Origin: an uncultured bacterium
Lineage (GTDB): Bacteria > Oederibacteriota > JAAXVQ01 > JAUVAV01
NCBI GenBank assembly: GCA_963710755.1
Contig: CAVQBK010000013.1
Span: forward strand, 384,001-448,000
Reading direction: 5' to 3'
Length of the DNA: 64,000 nt
Positions 51,201-57,420 of the stretch are shown here, piece by piece. Within the stretch, counting starts at the first letter, position 1. Each line of letters starts with the position of its first letter. The notes under the pieces are model-generated. The model saw only the letters and a program-made list of their open reading frames with translations, did not search any database and was not told where the DNA came from. The translations under genes were made by a program, and so were the position numbers.

Positions 51201-54200
51201 GATATTATTTGAAGCTGACAAAGTTGTCACTAAGGACGCCTTATAGTACAAATTACCGGTTCTATCCGTTTCCACCATGTTTACTATTGGTTCCATAAAA
51301 GTCCCACGGCGATCCAAACGGTTAAAAACAGCTACTAAAGGCAGTACATTTTTCTGATAGCGGCCCTGAATAAAAGCTTGGATCTTAGGCGTCATCATTT
51401 TTAAAAACGAAGTTAAAAAATCATTTTGATTTTCAGCACCATTGTTCACCTTGGTTAGATAGCGTTCTATATAAGCTAAATCATCCAGATCTCTCACTGA
51501 TAAATCAGCATCTCGCTCCAGCAACCTTGCGCTCACCTCTGACACAACGAGCATCCCCAGCTTTTGGGTTTCCAGCTCAGCTAAAAGGCTCCAGATCATT
51601 TCTTGAACTGAATAATTTTCAGCAACAGGGCCGGTTAAAAAGTCAGCCAATTCTTGCCTGACGATTTCCAGGTTAAACCCTTCAAGCTGTTTTATCAAGC
51701 GCCGGGCTTGCGCCTTGGCTTCTTCGCGCTTGAGCGGTAATTTTTCCAAAGAATCAAGATCTAGTTTTTTTACAGCACTAAAAAGCTGGCTGATGATTTG
51801 ACGCTGGACCGATTCGTCCAGACGCTGCAGGTTCTTTTCTTTTTGTAATTCCATGATCTCCAAGGGCACCGTAGTTTCCGGTGCCACCAAGGCTGAAAAC
51901 CAGCTCAAGCCGCTTGAAGTATATTTTTGATCAGGAAATAGATAAATCCTCAGCGTGCCTGTGGTAGGTTCCAAGTGAGCCAAACTTCCAATTTCTTTAG
52001 CCACCTCTTGTTTAGACTGGTCGAGGTGGGCTTTGGCTTTCAGATTCACAAACTCAATCTTTTTTAATTGGTAGGATTGACCTTCAATGGTGACCTCCAA
52101 GCCTTCCGGCTGGGACACCATGGTAGTGAAATGGTCTTTTAAGCGGGTGATATCTTGCGGCGAAGTGGGTGAACTGCGATTTGTTTTAGCTTCTTGTTCT
52201 GCTGCTATCAGACCTACGCTAAGATAGGCTTCTGCAGCCATGGTCGACTCCGGCTTATACCCCAGATAATCGGCAAACTGCTTCACTTCTTCTTGAGACC
52301 AATCTTTGAAAAAGCTTCCCACCAACTGCTCGCTAGTTTTAGTCTGAGATAATAATCGTGACCATATGGTTTTTGATCTAAGATAACCCTTTACCTGGTT
52401 GATGAGCGCCAGCTTCGATCTCGACCAACTTTCATCTGACCTCATACCCATAGTCATGCCCACCATGCCAACCATGGCCAACGTCACTTCTTGGAAACCC
52501 GGGGCATGATTGAGCACCCCTGCTGCCCCATGATGGGCCAGTTCCATCAGGCCGGCAGTCGCCGGTCCGGGTAAAAATATTCCAAAAGCCATGCCAAATA
52601 GGGTCGTGGCTAAAATGACGGCCATGACGCCCAGCCAAAGGCGGCCATTAGGCGAAGCCTGTTGATAAAGGGCCGATTGATCAAGTTTTGATGTCATTTG
52701 CGTATAAAGCCACTGACTTCCCGGCCAGGCAAGCATGAATGCCAGTAAGAACGATTTTAAAGTTGCCCCGGTAAAGTCATTTATTTTAACTACATTCAAA
52801 GCTGTTGTTTTTTTAATATTTTTAGTTTTAACTTCCTCACTGACAGCTTTCTGGATAGGTGCAATGGGAAGCAGCCCAATTAAACCTTTGCGGGTGGTGA
52901 AAGCCCGATAATTGTCCTGATCTTTTGGAGTAAATTTCCCAGGCAAATAGTGAACTATCTTGTTTGTCTTTCTTTCCGGCAGAACAGCAGCCTTATCCAC
53001 GCCGGCAAACATGGCACCTATTTGGGCCTCATAGGTATTCATCTCCATCCAGGTAATACGAGGTTCCATGGCCAACCCCTCAGCCTGAATGGATACATTT
53101 AATTCCCTTTCCAATTGCCCTCTAAAAGTTTCAATGACCGTTGCGGTCTCAGCGTGGGGATCATTCAATTCTTTTAATATTGATAAAAGGTCATTTTTTC
53201 CCCGGTTATCAAGCTTGGTCAATAAATGGGGCAATGCAATAAGGTCGTCAGCAGCGCCGTGGCCATAAATGGTATTAATCGTCTTAAAGCCTTTGAGTTG
53301 ATCTCCCAAATGTTCAATTCGATAATCAGGTTCCACGATAAACAAATAGGTTTTCGTACGAGAAATAGCCACAATTTCCATCTTATCAGGACCACGGGAT
53401 GGCGGTGCCCGTCCTACTAAAATAAGGACTTCGGGAAGACCGGCTGGCCCTGGCTTTCGGTACTTTTCTAGATACTCCTGAACTTCAGCATAGAGGCCGG
53501 CATGGGAAAATTGCCAGGGGGCATGGGGATCAAACTTGGGAACCGATGGGCGGTCAAGGGTATCGGACATTTCCGTTTTTTGGGAGACTATGGCCCAAAA
53601 GGTTTTCAGACCCAAGACAAGACGGCTAAAAAATTTCTTGCCCGCCAAATTTACGTTTTCTAAACTTTCCATGACAGGTGACATGGGCACCTGCTCGTCC
53701 TTATGGAGGGCGAATGTTTCTTGTTCTGCGATTAACTGTTCCATTATTTCCGGTTTTAATAAATTCCCATGATCCTCTTTTTCAACCTCCGGAATATCCA
53801 CCCCCAGGACCACTTGGTTCCTCCCCTGGTCCTTAGCCTTTTCCAAATACTCATCGGCCCATTTCAGCAGGTCCGTCGCCATATGCTCAGCATTCAAGTT
53901 CTTATGCTGGTCTTGGGGATTAAAAATCATGGCACCAATGGAAATAGTAGGTGTGGTGATATAATCCTTCCTTAAATGCTGAATATCCACCGCACTATTC
54001 ATGGCCGATGCAACCTCTGATTTGGCTTGATCATCCAAACCGGGTTCGCTTCCCTCCACGGACTTCTTATTCAGTGCAACCAGTTGCTTGTAATAACTAA
54101 CGCTTTTCAGGTTGACCCCTTGCCCTAGACCGGCATTAATTTGGTTCTTTAATTGCTCTAGAATTTTGGTATTCGAACCGACTTTAACCAACAATCTGGG

Positions 54201-56918
54201 TCCATAAATGGGGTCATCAGCCAGGCGGGCAAAATGGTTGTCTTTTTTGTTCTTTGCGAGTTTGGTGATCGTTTCCTTTAATTTTTTCATTTGGTCATTG
54301 CCCAACACCAGGACAGAACCATCAGGATTCCTCAAATCAAAGGCTTTAAACTTCTCATGCATATTGACCATGACTTGTCGGCGAATAAAATTTAAAATCT
54401 TCTTTCGACTATCCCCATCCAATTGCCCTGGAATTAACAACATACCCTCATCGCCGCCATAGCGAATGACGGTAACTTCTTCACGGATGCCGGATGTTTT
54501 AAGTACGTCCGTCACCGGAGACATATGCGCCGCGCGGTGAACAAGTTCCAGCAAGTCATCCAGCAGAAAATCAGTCAGGGCTTTTCCAAAAAAATCATTA
54601 ATCCCTGACAATTTGTCCAGATCCGTGAAGGCCAGCGCAAAGGGCTCGCGGTTGGCAATATAGGCTTCAATTTTTTTCCGGCCCTGGTGAAGGGACAAGA
54701 CTCCGGGGATTTTGACCCGTCTTCCTTTTTGCGCAGCCTCGAACAACCCCAAGGGCACCAATACCATCAACCAAAAGGGCCATTCCGGGAGCATGGCAAT
54801 TAACTGCTCATGCCACAATTCAGACCCCCAGAGTACCGAAGGAAACAAGAAAGCCATCACCATTATGGTTTTGGCCACACCGGCTAACCCGGACTTGCTC
54901 TCGTAGGTTTGCGCCAATTGCACCGCTGCTCGTTGCCACCGCTTCAAAATTGTTAACATCCATGACCTTAAGTCTTTCACTTGACCGTAAATGGCCTCTC
55001 GCCGTTGCAGCAGATCAAATTTTTCTACTTGAGTACGTACAATTTGATTCCATTGCTTCCATTGGCTTACCCAAGGGCTTTGGGCATCTCCCTCTAAAAG
55101 GCCATCCCACTTATTTTTATCCACCACTTTGAAAGTGCCTTCCTCCAAACGGACACCTGCTTGGCCGGGGGTCAACAGTTCAAATTGAACCTTGTTCTCC
55201 AAACTTTCCCCAACCACTGCCGCTGAGGGATGACCCGGTTTCTTTTGGTCACGACGTAGGACCAGCACAAAGTTTTCCCCATCAATTTGTGCAGCATAAA
55301 CTACGCCTCGTGCGCTGCTTAATAGCGGCTTAGAAGACAACTGCAACGAGCCCTTCAACCCCTTAACTTCAGCAAAGTGCTGCAAGGCCTCGTCTTGGTT
55401 GGCATTAGGGTGGTCAAACACCCGGTAAGCTCGGGATGTAATCCGGGTGATAAGGTCGAGGTACTTATTAAAAAGAGGGTCCGCAAAGCGTGTCCAGAGA
55501 TTAAAGAGGGTTTCTTTTTTGGAAAGCAGTTTTTCAATAGGTGATTGTTTGCCTTGCAGAAGTGAAAAGTAGGGATTGACTTGATCCAAAGCTGTAACCC
55601 GCGGCTTGAGGGTGACAAAGGAAATTCGATTGATTTTCAAAAGTGCTTCCACATAGGGCATGTGGAAACCACCGGTAATCATGACAGCCACAGCTTGGTG
55701 CTTCTGTTTCATTAGCGCATTTAAATTGTCCACAAACTTCTCGGACCGTCGATTGACCAATTGATAAAAAAATGCAGCTTGCTCTATCCGTTCTTCCAGA
55801 TCCAAGACATCGTCATAAAGCAAGGACGCCACCCCAACCCGCCGGGCCATATTCTCCAGGGCAGCCACAAAATGAGCTACCTTAAATTCAGCCCGATGCT
55901 TAAGAAAATAATTAAGCTGTACCGGGGAAGCGGTGATGTTGGTCATGGCTTCGATGATGTTGAGTTGTTCCTGGTAATGATCGAGCAAGCGTTGGTCTTC
56001 CGTCGTATAGATCGCTTCACGCAGGGCATGCTCCATCACCTGGGTCTGTTCCGCCACACCGTCCAGATCCTCGGGCTGTTTAGCCAATACCTTGCCCTCA
56101 GCAGCGTAGGCTAGTAACGATGTGGACGGACTATAATTGATTTTTAACTGTGATACCTGCTGCAGCAAAAAGCGAAGGTAGGCTTGCAGGGACTCTTTCC
56201 CCAGTTGATAAGCGGTCTTTTTTTCATCAAGCGTCAATAACGCCTGGTGATACACCTTTGGTTTAAGAGCATTAAGGACCGTGCGTAAATCTTCGCACCA
56301 GCCCTGGGTCTGGGCATTAAAAAACCGATGCAATACCGACGCGCTCTGATCATAAAGCGGCTTGGACTCAAGACCGTGCAACCGAAGACCTTGATCATTA
56401 ACTGCAGCCGCATATTCCGCACCGGTAATAAGACCGCGGCGCAGGAAATACTTACCCACCCGTTCACGCACCACCTCCACGGGAATGGCAGCCAGTGGGC
56501 TGACATCAATATCCTGACTGGCGCCTTCCACGGCCACTAACCTCAGATCATGCTTTTCAGAAAGGGTGTGAATCAGGTCAGCAATATTGCTTTGAACTTC
56601 GTAATTGCAGTGGAAATCTTCTATGCATACCACGGTTACGGGGCTGCCAGCTTGATAACTGCTGGTTACTCTGGCCAGATCTTGCGAAAAAGTAAGTTTT
56701 TTGCCTTGGATTTCAAAGGGTGTGTAGCCATAAACCCCCGGGACTTCCACTGGATAGGGTGCTGCTGTAAAGGCAAAACCAAGGTAAGGAAATAGAAAAG
56801 AAAGAGATACAAACAAGGCTATAATTTTCACCCCCAAAGGGGACCAAGATTGTATCCTTTGAAATAAACGAGCCTGCTGATGGTGGTTGTCACTGCCAAC
56901 CGAATAGTTCCTGATCAT
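45285..56918 (-). CDS. Giant (3877 aa) multi-domain membrane-associated protein with GGDEF, HExxH peptidase, CPBP-like and RelA/SpoT-like modules
   Basis: Single 11.6-kb ORF; EDFHCNYEVQ/VAVEGA/TGGFH, FTDLDKLSGIND...RYGGDEG...KAKDQGRNQV, HEHGH...HEWLAD, EGRIKEAFSI...DDVIGLRLV; several TM clusters. Confidence 0.85.
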   Translation of the reverse strand: MIRNYSVGSDNHHQQARLFQRIQSWSPLGVKIIALFVSLSFLFPYLGFAFTAAPYPVEVPGVYGYTPFEIQGKKLTFSQDLARVTSSYQAGSPVTVVCIEDFHCNYEVQSNIADLIHTLSEKHDLRLVAVEGASQDIDVSPLAAIPVEVVRERVGKYFLRRGLITGAEYAAAVNDQGLRLHGLESKPLYDQSASVLHRFFNAQTQGWCEDLRTVLNALKPKVYHQALLTLDEKKTAYQLGKESLQAYLRFLLQQVSQLKINYSPSTSLLAYAAEGKVLAKQPEDLDGVAEQTQVMEHALREAIYTTEDQRLLDHYQEQLNIIEAMTNITASPVQLNYFLKHRAEFKVAHFVAALENMARRVGVASLLYDDVLDLEERIEQAAFFYQLVNRRSEKFVDNLNALMKQKHQAVAVMITGGFHMPYVEALLKINRISFVTLKPRVTALDQVNPYFSLLQGKQSPIEKLLSKKETLFNLWTRFADPLFNKYLDLITRITSRAYRVFDHPNANQDEALQHFAEVKGLKGSLQLSSKPLLSSARGVVYAAQIDGENFVLVLRRDQKKPGHPSAAVVGESLENKVQFELLTPGQAGVRLEEGTFKVVDKNKWDGLLEGDAQSPWVSQWKQWNQIVRTQVEKFDLLQRREAIYGQVKDLRSWMLTILKRWQRAAVQLAQTYESKSGLAGVAKTIMVMAFLFPSVLWGSELWHEQLIAMLPEWPFWLMVLVPLGLFEAAQKGRRVKIPGVLSLHQGRKKIEAYIANREPFALAFTDLDKLSGINDFFGKALTDFLLDDLLELVHRAAHMSPVTDVLKTSGIREEVTVIRYGGDEGMLLIPGQLDGDSRKKILNFIRRQVMVNMHEKFKAFDLRNPDGSVLVLGNDQMKKLKETITKLAKNKKDNHFARLADDPIYGPRLLVKVGSNTKILEQLKNQINAGLGQGVNLKSVSYYKQLVALNKKSVEGSEPGLDDQAKSEVASAMNSAVDIQHLRKDYITTPTISIGAMIFNPQDQHKNLNAEHMATDLLKWADEYLEKAKDQGRNQVVLGVDIPEVEKEDHGNLLKPEIMEQLIAEQETFALHKDEQVPMSPVMESLENVNLAGKKFFSRLVLGLKTFWAIVSQKTEMSDTLDRPSVPKFDPHAPWQFSHAGLYAEVQEYLEKYRKPGPAGLPEVLILVGRAPPSRGPDKMEIVAISRTKTYLFIVEPDYRIEHLGDQLKGFKTINTIYGHGAADDLIALPHLLTKLDNRGKNDLLSILKELNDPHAETATVIETFRGQLERELNVSIQAEGLAMEPRITWMEMNTYEAQIGAMFAGVDKAAVLPERKTNKIVHYLPGKFTPKDQDNYRAFTTRKGLIGLLPIAPIQKAVSEEVKTKNIKKTTALNVVKINDFTGATLKSFLLAFMLAWPGSQWLYTQMTSKLDQSALYQQASPNGRLWLGVMAVILATTLFGMAFGIFLPGPATAGLMELAHHGAAGVLNHAPGFQEVTLAMVGMVGMTMGMRSDESWSRSKLALINQVKGYLRSKTIWSRLLSQTKTSEQLVGSFFKDWSQEEVKQFADYLGYKPESTMAAEAYLSVGLIAAEQEAKTNRSSPTSPQDITRLKDHFTTMVSQPEGLEVTIEGQSYQLKKIEFVNLKAKAHLDQSKQEVAKEIGSLAHLEPTTGTLRIYLFPDQKYTSSGLSWFSALVAPETTVPLEIMELQKEKNLQRLDESVQRQIISQLFSAVKKLDLDSLEKLPLKREEAKAQARRLIKQLEGFNLEIVRQELADFLTGPVAENYSVQEMIWSLLAELETQKLGMLVVSEVSARLLERDADLSVRDLDDLAYIERYLTKVNNGAENQNDFLTSFLKMMTPKIQAFIQGRYQKNVLPLVAVFNRLDRRGTFMEPIVNMVETDRTGNLYYKASLVTTLSASNNILSVSDVDKKMVTVAGNLYGQFADLKKVEKSAERRLAIAQYQERLLQAMVENAPAFYGMDNQRRKRWENFVYQQTDWRAHFLRLEELTLALNLAKQHDQFRQLRKTLKSSTYYRSSIKSVLEKYFSDQTSYNESINALENALHNESEAVTRRLALLGYCADFTGVQQPFSDSKLSTVLTFALQNPSLSYATNVINTAAKIISLPGIEDNFINAWVGRDIDDLTKQSKIKKTVKNLFYPSAEVNTVKAYLRGEHEGYDKNIALLILERQAALGREALLKDLIMDQQQPRDPSKKVDYFELRLMAMLEYLNLQPAWNQMDETERAKKSKEFNGLLQGLNGHHGKSMIERYIQHLINNNQQWVAQVYAGQEPLADLKAQIFATASWLDAINYSQHLDQPVISQQDVFSIARKIKQARAEPYSNTFNSAYQMGGQLLRKATNQAEILFYLLAHEHGHNILENRGVDRYWHFMTGLLHEWLADRFMRVFGERYKLSGENIESALSFEQAASVVGRLETLAKEVHEGARAQEVYFQQALTLLKERISGETTSIEIQNILGSKKKTAQKELAQRRTFMELIHSRLLKASLDILQQPSTWNGSLGETFMKIFATYLEIPFEKLPSMSFNERKEIKSNRILNAHEVSRMVGNLINNLLTQQPQPAVIFFTAFLNSFDQKPSSRLGRLKAWLGEPFLRAPVWETVIFTPIVLGLFFGVAVPTLAGLISINAVVFAMLHPGRSFGGKLGLSAVGTLLGAVMILPALLLGLTPFSAIVGFALSVMLHSAVNVLRLRPLLTAQGHHLKNPFERIWQLLLNLPGVVSHLVAPFKPIGPAIVGILIISVLASLMVLPGPAAAATATETLKQMAAQTPDMTAWLNNILFGTISFAALGTMKNVAGTATPPLQARANAEAKLRKLLKRSEKVIYTIIEIDSFPLIKDLYGEEIAQDYYKIVLKKINELTTQTKSQQKTVTVYAENSEHGYIGFAVNSNSVKKVQELLQDIQFQLHADIHHRYRLMTFAIPQKLSAQERKEWEKLLGGITIFEENAVIGIGESVNGKPLAQVMVDIKNYVQMKKIESYLKSNRFLEQNQTLADVQGQIGDIPGFNNNYIPVPRISFGIAGGFETKQLPDLKAAALEALREARRQSSHLVIKAKRASLNLLGMQKAAEKDVTTQWDKEMAMGIPRASILMNRYEALFQDWFLSTIEQVYNMNPAQRRQRIPKLVFLLQDNMETLKNMEPEQLATAFWYAKTIALQERHASGTKLEQETTAILEILNQLYGTQNSQAIQQQFFEDHPEIDAHVVLSAITTAVDYPSRKRNLVDNQNRLSTMLHDHDLNSVTIEGRIKEAFSILMNMANRTKWTRYKPWAENPPPLGDPKIYTEKAINAITDDVIGLRLVTGNWEEFQKTIQALEETFCSGDQCQVEKKFFHIDGQRDTHGKLISMKIQTDPLNPEQFADYYKYTLKIAPSIIDDRPYTVEITVLPDMIGEYSTRPAYTIMKQNVLDTIPWSVKIAFNEVDSDDEQSMRDFIKNQASLHSAHAINIKDVFKLIALAIKVKIEKTSDLDKGDVKSRDIRQITPHDLYGELNNLSQQVPTEIIDKIADLQAGKSLVKEYFKLFKDKRVIIMGTPQELTELTPLWDVETTVLFRHEQERSLPRTFEAVTFPQAFWKNKQEATFRRIKEILIDQMIQNGIVPSMNNNQLNGKTKKQDGFIASPQLLLGLSSLLLAVAGIITLAFGTAVTAPVLGAVLIGTGIVAVGLMIWDQAFKPGRKAPIDKVSLDPSLDKAADKKGVIKAILDYQHLNITLAADRSNLSWVTRLRLNWQTSRLGGSFIHWRRQLLLIYGAGTWQSKLHLFFGSQPLTPLVRTLAQSFWLQKNDLKQWEEWGQLDSFVSDWLDVLEAAKDVRSRQQGVQLLMLMLGDLKALRQNRYIKGVGFISMPRWLWANPSLSRRLHHLLANDEEKMHKRQQRLLRSLNTAA

Positions 56919-56942
56919 GGCCTACCTAGTTTATAGTTAATG

Positions 56943-56978
56943 CTGGTATGACTATACCAGAGGATTTCCCATTTGCAA
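56943..56978 (-). promoter_or_regulatory. Promoter of the giant gene with an inverted repeat overlapping the -10
   Basis: TTGCAA-16 nt-(TGG)TATAGT; CTGGTAT-N4-ATACCAG inverted repeat at 56943-56960. Confidence 0.5.
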
Positions 56979-57420
56979 GAACGCTTGTTTAATTTTTGTT
57001 TTATTTTAAATAGTTATGTTACGATCGTGCCATTTTGAAACGTTTTTAATTTGATTTTTTTATTTTATTCGATTAAAAATTATTTTGAATATAGTTTAAT
57101 TTTTTAAGGAGTTAATAATATTTTATTCTTATTATTTAAGCCTAATAATATTTATTCCCAAATTTATATTAAACGATCAGCAGACCAATAATTTATTTTT
57201 CAAAGTATAGCCCAGTTTTTAACAAAAGTAAAATTAAATGTTCATTAGTTCCATTTTTTTAGGCATTTGTGGATAACTAAAAATTGACTGATTGAGGATA
57301 CGTTGATTTATAGGGATGTTTTGGTTTTAAAAAAAGGATATAAGAATAATGAACTTTAAAGGTCAGACGCCAAAGAAATCTGAAGCATGGTTAACTAATC
57401 TGCAACCGGTTCCTTTGGGA

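Noticed and set aside
56980-57360. Chromosomal replication origin
   Set aside because: Only one DnaA box and no dnaA/dnaN/gidA context; kept only as a low-interest observation.
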